Below are positions 1-11,135 of a stretch of 64,000 nucleotides of DNA, piece by piece (within the stretch, counting starts at the first letter, position 1; every line of letters starts with the position of its first letter). The position numbers and the translations under genes are program-made. The notes below the pieces were generated by a model. That model ran no database searches, was not told the DNA's origin, and worked only from the letters and a program-made list of their open reading frames with translations. Origin of the DNA: Lama glama (taxonomy: Eukaryota). The stretch is from assembly GCA_028534125.1 (NCBI GenBank), contig CM052817.1, positions 59,088,001 through 59,152,000 of the forward strand. Reading direction: 5' to 3'.

Positions 1-1140
1 TTGCCTTTTCAAAGACTAATTCTTGAGTTCATTCATATTTTCTATTTTCTGACTCTTTTTCATTAATTTCTGCTTAATGTTTATTAGTTATTTTCTTCTA
101 CTAACCCTTGGGTTTGTTCTTTTGATAGCTTTCATTAGGTGTAAAGTTAGGTTGTTTGAGATTTTTCTTGTTTTCTATTGTAGTCTTGTATGTCTATAAA
201 CATCCTTCTTAGAACTGCTTTTGCTGCATCTCATAGATTTTGGCTCATTTTGTTACTATTTTCATTTGTCTCCAGGTTTTTTTTCATTTCCCCTTTGATT
301 TCTTCAATAACCCATCGGTTGTTTAATAGCATGTTATTTAGACTCCACTCTACTTCTTTATATTTTTTGCAGATTTTTCTTATAGTTGATTTCTAGTTCC
401 ATAGAGTTGTGGTTAGAAAAAAATATTTGATATGATTTCAGTCATCTTAAATGTAGTGACAGTTATTTTGTGGTGTAGCATGTGATCTTTCCTGGGGAAC
501 ATTCCATGTGCACTTGAGAAGAATGTATATTCTGCTGCTTTGGGTTAGGAAGTTCCACATGTATCTGTTAAGTTAATCTGGCCTAATGTGTCATTTATGG
601 TGAGTATTTCCTTGTCGATTTTCTGTTTGGGTAATCTGTCCACTGGTGTGAGTGTGGTGTTAAACTCCCTTACTATTATTTTGTTACTATCAATTTCTGC
701 CTTTTTATTTGTTAATATTTGCTTTATGTATTTAAGTGTTCCTATATTGTATGCATATATATTTATTGTTATAATTTCTTTTGGACTGATCCCTTTATCA
801 TTATATAATATCTTTCTTTTTCTCTTATTACGGCCTTTGTTTTTAAGTTCATTTTGTCTGATGAAGGATTGCTATTCTAGTTTTCTTTTCATGGAATAAT
901 TGTTTTCTATTCTTTCACTTTCAGTCCGAGTCTATCTTTAGATCTGAAGTGAGGCTTATATATATATATATATATATTTGATTTGTGGTTGCCATGAGGT
1001 ATATATATTATACACACACACACACACACACCGTGAGCTATATTTATAGTATTATATATTACATATATGATTAAGTTGATTGTATCAAATTTAAATATAT
1101 TCTAATAACTGAATTTTTACTTCATCCCTCCCTCATGTTT
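1..1140 (-). mobile_element. LINE-1 fragment: 5' part of ORF2 (endonuclease region) and ORF1-ORF2 spacer, decayed
   Basis: Antisense L1 ORF2 motifs 'agaactgcttttgctgcatctcatagattttgg' and 'attccatgtgcacttgagaagaatgtatattctgctgctt'. Contains (TA)n at ~957-977 and (CA)n at ~1012-1031. No intact ORF. Confidence 0.9.
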
Positions 1141-1144
1141 AATG

Positions 1145-1481
1145 TTTTTTTTTTTAACATTTTTTATTGATTTATAATCATTTTACAATGTTGTGTAAAA
1201 TTCCAGTGTTCAGCACAATTTTTCAGTCATTCATGGACATATACACAATCATTGTCACATTTTTTTCTCTGTGAGTTATCATAACATTTTGTGTATATTT
1301 CCCTGTGCTATACAGTGTAATCTTGTTTATCTATTCTACAATTTTGAAATCCCAGTTTATCCCTTCCCACCCTCCACCCCCCTGGCAACCACAAGTCTGT
1401 ATTCTCTATCATGAGTCTATTTCTGTCCTGTATTTATGCTTTGTTTTTGTTTGTTTGTTTGTTTTTGTTTTTTAGATTCCA
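1145..1481 (-). mobile_element. Young L1 3' end (poly-A tail plus 3'UTR, camelid-type), running into the assembly gap
   Basis: Poly-T at 1145-1155, then 'aacattttttattgatttataatcattttacaatgttgtg...cccctggcaaccacaagtctgtattctctatc'. Near-identical reverse complement of 53219-53337. Confidence 0.9.
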
Positions 1482-1981
1482 NNNNNNNNNNNNNNNNNNN
1501 NNNNNNNNNNNNNNNNNNNNNNNNNNNNNNNNNNNNNNNNNNNNNNNNNNNNNNNNNNNNNNNNNNNNNNNNNNNNNNNNNNNNNNNNNNNNNNNNNNNN
1601 NNNNNNNNNNNNNNNNNNNNNNNNNNNNNNNNNNNNNNNNNNNNNNNNNNNNNNNNNNNNNNNNNNNNNNNNNNNNNNNNNNNNNNNNNNNNNNNNNNNN
1701 NNNNNNNNNNNNNNNNNNNNNNNNNNNNNNNNNNNNNNNNNNNNNNNNNNNNNNNNNNNNNNNNNNNNNNNNNNNNNNNNNNNNNNNNNNNNNNNNNNNN
1801 NNNNNNNNNNNNNNNNNNNNNNNNNNNNNNNNNNNNNNNNNNNNNNNNNNNNNNNNNNNNNNNNNNNNNNNNNNNNNNNNNNNNNNNNNNNNNNNNNNNN
1901 NNNNNNNNNNNNNNNNNNNNNNNNNNNNNNNNNNNNNNNNNNNNNNNNNNNNNNNNNNNNNNNNNNNNNNNNNNNNNNNNN
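1482..1981. other. Assembly gap (500 N)
   Basis: Run of exactly 500 N. Confidence 1.
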
Positions 1982-1984
1982 TTA

Positions 1985-2275
1985 CCACCCTTGTGAAGCT
2001 TGTATTCTAGTGGGGAAAGGCATAAAACAAAGAAAAATGAAAATATAGAATTGCAGACAGTAGTAAGAACTATAAAAAATAATAAAAAGGAATAAGGGGA
2101 ATAGAGATAGGTGGGGGAGTAGGGATGGTTTACTATTTTACATTAGGGAAGAGCTTGCTAATGATGTGACATATAGGTAGAGATTTGTACTATGGGAGGG
2201 AATGGGCCATGTGGATATCTGGGGAAAGAGTGTTCCAGAAAAGAAGAAAAAACACAAAAGCCCTGAAAAACAGCA
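1985..2275 (-). mobile_element. L2 LINE relic
   Basis: 'gaagcttgtattctagtgggg' and 'ccatgtggatatctggggaaagagtgttccaga...aaagccctga' match recalled antisense L2 3' motifs. Confidence 0.65.
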
Positions 2276-2999
2276 TGCTTTGAGTTATATACCTTATTCC
2301 TGACATTGAGAGAGAGAGAGTAATACACTCAGCAGGGATTTTGTTTCCAGGTTTTACTAGTTTCAAAGCTTTGAAGTATATTAATTTTTCTACACTTTCT
2401 AACGTTGATTCTACATGCTCAGTATCTTTATTTATGTTTTAAATGTCACCTTCCTGTGAAACTGCTCCCAGCATGGAGTGAATCATTCCCTCCTCTCTGC
2501 CCCTGGAGCAGATACAGTAATATTTTTCAAAAACATTGGTCCACTAATGAGTGTCAGTCTATGATAAAGTTTATATTGAGGAAAAATGGGAAAAGTAGTA
2601 GCAATTGAGAATTCCAAGTTGACACCTAATTTTGAAGGAAAAATTTCAAATATGAGATCCAAATGGGTCTCAATCATGAGGCATCACTAAAGCATTTAAT
2701 ACAAAATATATCACTTTTTTAGTGGTCATCTTTCTCTGTCTCCAGCAAAATGAAAATTAAATATTTATTTATGTATGTATAAGCGTATTAGAGATTGAAA
2801 ATTGATTACCATTTTAACATGGATGGGATTTTATGAACTGTTACAAGGATTAGGCTACACTTTTGGAAAGAGATGTACTTGGTCATTGTTAAACTGAAAA
2901 AAATACATAACTTTAATGTTCTTAGATCTTCTTCATCTTGCAGACTTGTAATAAAGAGAGTTCGAACAATGTAGGAGTACATTTAGAAAGCAGTGAGCT

Positions 3000-3126
3000 G
3001 AGGGAATAGCTCAGGGACAGAGCTTGTGCTTAGCATGCATATGATCCTGGGTTCAATTCCCAGTACCTCCATTAACAAAAAAAAATAGGAACAAAAATAA
3101 TTTTTTTAAAAAGTAAAATAAAAAAA
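3000..3126 (+). mobile_element. tRNA-Ala-derived SINE (Vic-1-like)
   Basis: Head 'gagggaatagctcagggacagagcttgtgcttagcatgcatatgatcctgggttcaattcccagtacctcca' has the Ala(AGC) loop 'cttagcat' and B box GGTTCAATTCC. A-rich tail. Imperfect TSD agaaagcagtgagct / agaaagcaacagct. Confidence 0.88.
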
Positions 3127-3534
3127 GAAAGCAACAGCTAACTGATTTTATTTTATTTTACTTTATTTTATTTTTACACTGAGCGGCAATGTCCTAATCT
3201 GCAAATGTGATTTATTCAGGTTCCATGTACCTGTGCTGGAACTGAGTATTGTAGAGGGCAGGTCATATGCTAAAACACAGTATGTCAGTAGCTGGAGGAT
3301 GTTTAATACTTTTATACAGAATGTGTATAAAAATCATCTCACTTCGTAGTCCTAGGAGGGAGAAACTCGTCCTACCAAAGAGGTTCTTTATTTCCTCCTC
3401 ATACATAGATTTCACAGAAAGTTTTATCTTTAAATAGAACTGAAGCATCACTCATTCATGACCAAAAAAAAAAAAGAACCAGATCACATAGAAAATTATT
3501 TCATCCGACATCTGTTGATAAACCCCTAGGAAAG

Positions 3535-4455
3535 AGGTCTACTTTTCAGTCATGATGGAGCAACAGGGATCAAATTTACTTTGTAGCCTTAACCAACTAA
3601 AAATTTGGGTAAAATATTTTTAAAAGGCAGCTTTCAAATATTTGACAACATGATGCACAGGCTAGCAATCTCCGAGTGAGGAGAAATGAATGCGGCAGGC
3701 TCCCCATTGCCCGAGCTTACTGCCTGCAATTGCAGGCTGAAGTGCAGAGAGGAGGGACTCAAGCAGTCCCTACACTGAGGAGACAGGGGATTTGGGGAAG
3801 GCGGGGTGCTATGTTGCTAGAATTGAGAGGGCCACACCTGATAGGAGAGAGCTACAGGAGAGAGCTCAGATGTCTGCAGAAAGTTCCCCTTAAGTCTTCA
3901 GTGCAGTACAGTTCAGAGCGTTTCTGTGATGAAACTATTCAAAGCTAGGGAGAGAATCACTGGAAAGGAATAGACGGAACAATTCTCAGAGCTCACCCAC
4001 AGGTAAGAATAATTCACCTTCCCAAACGCCCGTTTATAATACCTGGGGCAACAGGCAGAAGGATTTGGCCTGGGTAGCGGAGCCAAATGAGCCCTAGACT
4101 AAAGGCTGCTCTAGTCCTGCCCAACAAAACATAAAACAAGTCAGAAGAATCATCAGATTGTTTCCAAGTAACTTAGTTGCAAATCACAACAAATTTCAAA
4201 TATAACTGAGATAATAGAATAAGAAGAGAAGGGCGTTTAAGAAGCCATTATATTTTCCAAATAGTCAAGAAAGTGGAGGAAAGCAGGAGGATGATGAAAA
4301 ATATGGAACATATAAAATAGGCCCAATTTGAACTCCTAGAAGTGAAAAATACGATGTTTGAGATGAAAAGTTCATTGGATAAGATTAATAGCAAATTCGA
4401 TACCACAGAAAAAGCATTTTTTACTGAAGATAGAAGCAAGTTTACTGAAGATAAA
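3535..4455 (+). mobile_element. Ancient L1M (L1MD/L1ME-type) 5'UTR and start of ORF1
   Basis: 5' motif 'tacttttcagtcatgatggagcaacagggatcaaattta'. ORF1 coiled-coil-like remnant 'ELLEVKNTMFEMKSSLDKINSKFDTTEK' near 4330-4410. Confidence 0.7.
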
Positions 4456-4779
4456 GCTTCAGTGGTGAAAACTATACTTAAAGTACGAAAGTATAGTCCT
4501 AGTGCAGTATTAAGTATTAGTAACAAGTACTGGCATCAACAAGAAGTGCACATTTCTGATCAGCCTCAGTAGCCCAATGCAATCCAATAGAAATACTCTG
4601 GACAGGACCGATAGCAGTTCCTTAGTTGAGTTTCTAAGGCTTACTCACTACTTTAATAGGACTTTGTGTCACAACACTCTTTGTGTGCTGTGATGTATGC
4701 ATAAATAGTACTTAGATCTCATTATGAAGTGTGTGCTTCTGTATTCTCAACAAATCCTACAAAGTAACTTCTAGGATAG

Positions 4780-4945
4780 AAGTACTAAAATGGCAATCAA
4801 AAACTGACCCGTGGTGTCCTCTCTTTGGCCAGCACAAGTAAAACAAAGTTGAATTTGCCTTCAGGTAAACCATGTCTTCATGTTGCCATAGATTCCATAA
4901 TACCGAGCCTCTAAAATAATCTGAACTTGTGGCTCCAGCCTTGTA
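4780..4945. mobile_element. Possible hAT-Charlie relic (MER102-like)
   Basis: 'tttggccagcaca...ttgaatttgccttcagg...ttgccatagattcca' resembles recalled MER102. Highly diverged. Confidence 0.35.
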
Positions 4946-6709
4946 AGGGTGTTCTCCAAGACTCCCTGAACTGCCTAAATTTTACTTGACTACGAGAGAC
5001 AAAGGTGAAGGCAGGTAACCACTGACTTATATGTACTTTTGTCCTGATAAGGATAATTTGTAGTGGGCACACTACTCGTTATCTGTAGAGTACCAGAAAT
5101 GCTAAAAAATATGCATGTAACTATTCATAGGAAAGCACATATATCAAGTGTAAATATTTCCAGAAATGATGTGACCCTAATGGTAACAAAAAAGGTGAAT
5201 AACTGCATGTTGTCTTCCAAAATGCACAGAGGGAGTATGGAAGCTAAACCTAGAGACTAAAATTCAAACTTCTTAAAACAATTGGATGAAGTCCTTCATT
5301 ATTTAGTCACAGCGGGTTTTGTGTTTTGACCTGTGAAGCTAATAAAGACTGGAGCCCTCACTTTCTTCTTGACAAGCTCTACTGAGCTCTGGTTGCAGTT
5401 CAAGCTGGAGAGTGTTCCTAATAAGATTTTTTTTCTAGCTCATTTTCTTGCAAATGGGAGCCCTGCCTTGCCTTGTCCTTAGTTATGGAAAATGAGATCA
5501 CTGACCTCAGGTAACCATTGCTGAATACAATAAAGATTTAATTGTTCCAAGAATCCTTCAGCCTTCACATATCAAATGTCCTTTACACTTTGAATTTAAG
5601 CAAATTTTGGATTATTCTCCCTTACTTGAGGTTGCCTCATTTCATTACCTGTCACTTCACTAGGTTTTATAATTCAGAATTTATTTAACTGAAGAAATGT
5701 GTTTGAGTAAAGGATTTGAGCCCACTTATGCATTATGATTTCTACACGGTCACTTGAGCATTTAGAATAGTGTATGATAATATCTCATGGCAATTCAGCA
5801 TATTCCAAAAGATAAATATATCTATACTTCCTAGCATTTGATATTTTATGCCATTTCCTGGTAAAATGGGTGTTCTGCAAATTAGGAGAGCCAGAAACAA
5901 GTCCCCAATCAACCTGATAACACCGTCTACTTGAGAAAGTGATCATGTTCATTTACAGGCAATTTCTTTTGTTCCATTTTATTTTGAATTCTACTTTCCT
6001 CCGGGTCCTTTGTATGTCAGGCCACAGAAAGTCTCTCAGGACTGCTTCTTGTGAAATTGAGTGGCCTCTTTTTATTTTTCTGTTACAAGTGTTTACTTTT
6101 TTCCAGAGCAAGTCTTTTCTCCTAAAGAAAATTTTATATCCATTTAATGTCTTGCAACCTTTCTCTGCCAGGCTTACTGACTTTTAAACCTAAGCATTTG
6201 GAGCATACAAATTCAATGATGTGTGCTAAGTTTTCCACATGTTTTGGACAAATTGCATTCACTACCTCACCTTTACCTAGCTTTTCAGTACTGTCTTCTA
6301 AAGAACTCAGGCATATCTGGCAGGTGTTATATGTCTTGGCTGAATCTACACTGATTTTTCCAACATAGTGAAATGAGTCTATACTAGCTTTGGAAAAAGT
6401 TGGAGAAATTGTATGAAAGAAAATCTATATGGTTTTATCACTATGCTATATATTTTAGTTTTACAGTATGCAAGTCATGAAACTAACTTTTAGGTACATG
6501 GATGGACAAATAGAAGAAAAAATTTAATAATTAAAAGACACCTACTTTGTGTCTAGTATTATAACAAGAAATATTTGCAGTTTCTCACAGATGGAAATAG
6601 GAATAAGCTTCATGGAAACGATATTCTATTCCAATGTTTCCTAATCTAATGTATATGGGCTCCAGAACTTCAAGGTTAATATGAATAGGGAACTGTTTTT
6701 AATAGGATC

Positions 6710-7198
6710 TGTAATGGTTTCCTTTGGCTGTTGTAACAAAGTACCCCAAATGTGGTGACTTAGAACAACACACACTTATTGTCTTTTGATTCTGGAGTCA
6801 GACACCTAAGATGAATTTGACTGGATCAAAATCAAAGTATTGGCAGGACTGTGCTCTCTCGGAGACTCTGAGAGGAGACTCTGTTCCCTTGCTCCTCCAG
6901 TTTCTAGAACAGCATTCCATGCACTCCTTGACTGGTGGCCCCTTCCCTCATCTTCCCAGCAGAGTCTCATCTTGGTTCAGTCGTCACGTGGTTATCTGTC
7001 TCTATAGTCCTTTTTCACTCTGCCCTCCTCTAATAATGTCCTTGATTACATTTAGGGCACAACCAGATAATCCAGGTTAATCTCAAATTTTTAGTTTAAT
7101 CACATCTGCAAAGTCCCTTTTAACAAAAAAGTTAACACTCACAGGTTTCAGGGATTAAGAACTAGGTATTGTTGGGGATCATTATTCAGTCTATCACA
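6710..7198 (-). mobile_element. MaLR solo LTR (MLT1C/D-like)
   Basis: TG...CA ends: 'tgtaatggtttcctttggctgttgtaacaaagtacc' to 'ggggatcattattcagtctatcaca'. Internal 'gataatccaggttaatctc' and 'aatcacatctgcaaagtccc'. Confidence 0.88.
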
Positions 7199-8109
7199 GC
7201 GTCTCATCTCAAGATTGTATTTTTTAAAAGAAGCCATTAGTTGTGAATGATTAAATTTGCACTATGAAATGAAAACCATGCAGTTTATTAAAGAGTTAAC
7301 CTGAACATATTTCTATATGTTCAACTGTCAGCCTTAAATTAAGATGCATTTATTTCACAATCTACTACTTGAAACCTGATAAAATCTTAGGCAAGGTCAA
7401 CATAGAAAATCCCCTTGTCCTAATCCTCTTCTTTCAGCATTTTGAGTTTGAATTGTCTACTCTCCTATCTGCTACTAGTGAGAATTTCAATTGGAGTTAT
7501 CTTTATTTGTTTACATCTTAACTTTAAGGAGACTATTTGCCAATGACTTCTATTTTTCCATTTTTTAATGTAAAATATAAGTGCTAGATTATGTTATGTA
7601 AGTAAAAATAAGTTAAATTGTTTAGGTCACTCAAGAAAAATTTGAACATAATAAAAATTAGTGGAGGGAAAGTGGGAAAACATTTCAAGTGAAAATAACA
7701 CTGTGAGTAGAGGTGAGAGAAAGTTCATGTGTCATCTGTCAGGGGATCTGACTTCCTACAAACTGAATTATGTTCCCTCATCCTCCCATAATATTTATTT
7801 TATTGGGACCACTTGCTTTCTTTCTAGCCAGACTGAAGGCGGGATTGTGGCTTTTCTTTATAGTTTCCACTTCCAGTGCTATGTCTGGAATATAATTGCA
7901 AATCAATATTTGAAGCTAGTTGGATTGGATTGTGTAATAGGATATGAAATATGAATTTGATCAGAGCAAAAATGCATGTAAGTGGACGAATAGGGGGGAA
8001 GACATATAAGAATAGAAACAGGTAACATTATTGAGATTCCTTAAAACCAAGGTGGAAAATTTGATCTGCAAATCTAAATTGGTGTTTTGGAGCCAATTCC
8101 AAAGTGTGT

Positions 8110-9370
8110 TTGTGTGTGTCCAAGAGTTCTCTGTACCAAAAACAAAATTAAAAACAGAAAACAATTATTGGGCCAGCAGGGTATCTGAGAATTCAACTCA
8201 ATTTTGACACTGTCTACCTTTTTCTGGGACACAATGGTGGTCGGTCAATGACATGGTATTGTGGGTTGGTAAAAGAATTTACCCGAGATGAAGGAGAACA
8301 GTAAAGGAGTTTTTTAGGGTATGCTGTCATAGACAACAGTGGGCCACACAGACGAGAGGTGCCTGTGTGAGCACCGGGGGCTGGTTGTTGGGGTCTTTTA
8401 TAAGATGGGGTCACAACGTGCCTGATTGGCTTGTGCATAAGTCTCTTACTGGTTGTAGGTGAGGTCAGAGGTTTAGAGTCCCTGAAGGGAAGTGGGGTTT
8501 AGGACTCTGATAAGGAGGGCTTTTAGTTTGTTTGGGCAAACACGCCCAGTAAAGAATGTACTTTATCTGTTGAGGGATCACAGGCAGATATCTGAGAGCC
8601 CAGGAATGGGGGTCATTGGATTTGAAAGGACATCAGTTGGCCCCACATACCTGAAAGTAGCATCAGATTCCACAGATTAAGGGTTCGTCCCTACAAGACT
8701 CCTCCCTCAACACCCTCCCCCACTTCAGATGCTAGTTGCAAGCTCAGGTTTTTAACCTTTGTTTGTGACCTACAGGCTATAGATTGAGGGTTCCAGTGAC
8801 CCCTCCTTGGGTTTCAAATGCCAGTCAGAAGCCAAGGTTGTAAATTGTGCTTTTGACTGACTGACTATAAATCAGAGTTTCCCACGACCTCTTTTTTAGG
8901 TTCAATTAATTTACTAGAGCAGCTCACAGTACTCACAGAAACGTTTTGCTAGATTACTTGCTAGATTCATTCATTATAAACGGATATAACTCAGAAACAG
9001 CCAGATGGACAAAAGGCGTAGGGCAAGGCATGGGGAAAGGGTGTGGAGCTTCCATGACTTCTCAAGGTACACTGCCCTCCCAGCATCTCAACATGTTCAC
9101 CAACCCTGAAGTTCTCCAGACCCTGTCCTTTTGGGTTTTTATGGAGGATTTATTACATAGGCATGATTGAGTATATCATTAGCCATTGGCAACTGATTCA
9201 ACCTCCAGCCCCTTTCCTCTTCCTGGAGGTCCAGGGTGGATTTAGGTGCTTTCCAAAAGTCACCTCATTAGCATAACAAAAGACACTTTATCACAAAATA
9301 TTGGGAGTTGTATGCCAAATAGGGAGCAAAGACCAGATTTATATTTCTCATAATAAATCACAATACCACA
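8110..9370 (-). mobile_element. MER21-family LTR, interrupted by a younger LTR at 8220-8647
   Basis: 'aattcaactcaattttgacactgtctacct' rejoins 'gaaagtagcatcagattccacagattaaggg'. Ends 'atatttctcataataaatcacaataccaca', the reverse complement of the recalled MER21 5' end. Left boundary approximate. Confidence 0.82.
8220..8647 (-). mobile_element. Solo ERV LTR (family unassigned) nested in MER21
   Basis: Perfect 5-bp TSD TACCT at 8215-8219 and 8648-8652. Right end '...ggccccaca'. Minus-strand TATAAAA at 8396-8402 and CCAAT at 8425-8429. Confidence 0.8.
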
Positions 9371-10164
9371 AAATCTTATTAAGATTGAACAGTGAAGGGG
9401 AGTTCAGAGTCAGAGTCTGTAATTCAGACCTAAGATAATGAGAGTCTGATTCATGGCTAAATCAATGAATGTGGAGGAAACACCTTGCTGTTACTTAACA
9501 TTGCTATTGACTGAGAGAAGTGCCAGAGGAATAGAAATGCCACAGTGACTCACTACTGGCAGTGGCAGGTGGGGCACATTTGAAGGGACGGTGTGTAGCT
9601 CTTCTGTGCATAATCTCAAGGGGTAGGATAAGCATCAAGTGATACAAGAGCACGTTGCAGGAACATTTGACTGAGCAGCAGAAATCAAGGTCAGCTTCTG
9701 TGGGGGAGGTGAGAGTACAATCAGTAAGTCTGTCTTTTAGATTTGCAAATGAAATGCATATATTCTATTATTTTTAATGAATCTAAAGAAATAAAATACG
9801 GCCATTGTGAGTTCGAAAAAGAAATAAGAATATTTAAGAGGCAGACCTTTATACTCAACATAAAGTGAATTCTTATTCTTAGATTGCACTTAATTTATGA
9901 AGTCAAGACTCTTACTGTTTTTATATACTTTGCCTGATGGTGCTTAACTCTTTCTCTGTCCCTAAGCCTATATCTTCCTGGACCTGTAACCCATAAGAGG
10001 AATTGATAATTGGATGAGAGAATGAGGTAGTCTTTTTCTCAGATTATTTTGTCATTTTTGAAAAGGTCAAAAGTTTAAATTTTTGCCTTTTTTGGTGGCT
10101 TTTTAAATGTTTCTTTATTATTAAAAAATGATGAAAAAGTGATGCTTCAGAACACATTGACTTT

Positions 10165-10636
10165 TGTTGACTGAAATTTTAAAATCACGCAGTGTGAGAG
10201 CTGTGAGTTTCAGTTTTATTGGGGTACCTTACTGAGGATTATAGCCCAGGAGGCAGTTACTCACATAACTGAGGAACCGCTCTAAACAGGTAAGGGGAGG
10301 GGCCAGTACATAAGTGATTTTGGCTAAGGAATACATGCAAGCAAGCATATATCTTGGTAGATGGTTACTGCTTGTCATGAGGAACAGATTTCTCAGTTAA
10401 TGATTTTAGTGCTTATCTATGTATGGAAAGATGCAAGAATCTGGGTGCATAGAAATTATTTCTGAAATATATCTAACTATCTAAGGGCATTTTGGCCTGT
10501 TTTCCTGAAGCACGGAGTGTCTCTTCCTGTTCTTTGTCTTTAATTCTTTGCAGGATGGACTGTAAGTCAGTGAATGCAGGGACTAATGACTTGATCCTTG
10601 CACAACGGCATGATTGGCAACAGTCTTTGTTTTGTG
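10165..10636 (-). mobile_element. ERV1 solo LTR, MER41-like (cetartiodactyl type)
   Basis: Starts 'tgttgactgaa'. Contains 'cttactgaggattatagcccagg' and 'tctcagttaatgattttagtgct...aagatgcaagaatctggg'. Minus-strand AATAAA at 10215-10220. Confidence 0.8.
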
Positions 10637-11135
10637 CCTTAAAAGGTTGTTGTGAGGATTAGAAAAGATAATCACACATATAAATTTCCTGGTTCATAAA
10701 GGACACTCCCTCAGTGCCTTTTTTATTTCTGTCTCAAAGAAAAGCAAACTGAAAAGTTCAACAGTGAAAAATCCAGCATGATAGTGGAACTAATGTTTAA
10801 TTGGACTGAACACTAAAAAAATGGATTCGAAGGTTTAAAGATTATACTGAATAGTCATATAAAAGATGAGAAACAGGCGCTAGAAGGAGTGGTAGAATTG
10901 CACAATTATATTTTGTAAATTGCATAGTTTTCCTTCTCTTTTTCACATTTTCTCTCTCCTTCACACATGCATTACCTTCAAAAACCTTTACTCCCTGTCT
11001 GTCCTTTGCTTTTCGTCTGAAGTCATGGCTGATTATCTGAATTCCTTTGGAAAGGAGAGGATTCAAAGAGACCTGTTGGTCCTTTTCGAAGTACCTACAA
11101 CTTGGAGTCCTTCATAATGATTAAGACTCAATTTC

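Noticed and set aside
1411..2010. 184-199 aa ORFs here, and 197-206 aa ORFs at 46725-47368
   Set aside because: They are artefacts of translating through the 500-N gaps.
3000..3072. tRNA-Ala(AGC)-like sequence (also at 38167)
   Set aside because: The stems are degenerate and both copies have A-rich tails and TSD-like flanks, so they are SINEs, not tRNA genes.
8723..8900. Imperfect ~90-bp internal tandem repeat
   Set aside because: It lies within MER21 and is highly diverged, so it is probably an old feature of the element rather than an array.
10165..10636. MER41-like LTR as an interferon-inducible STAT1 enhancer
   Set aside because: I found no canonical TTCNNNGAA in this copy, only mis-spaced TTCCTGAA and TTCTGAA.
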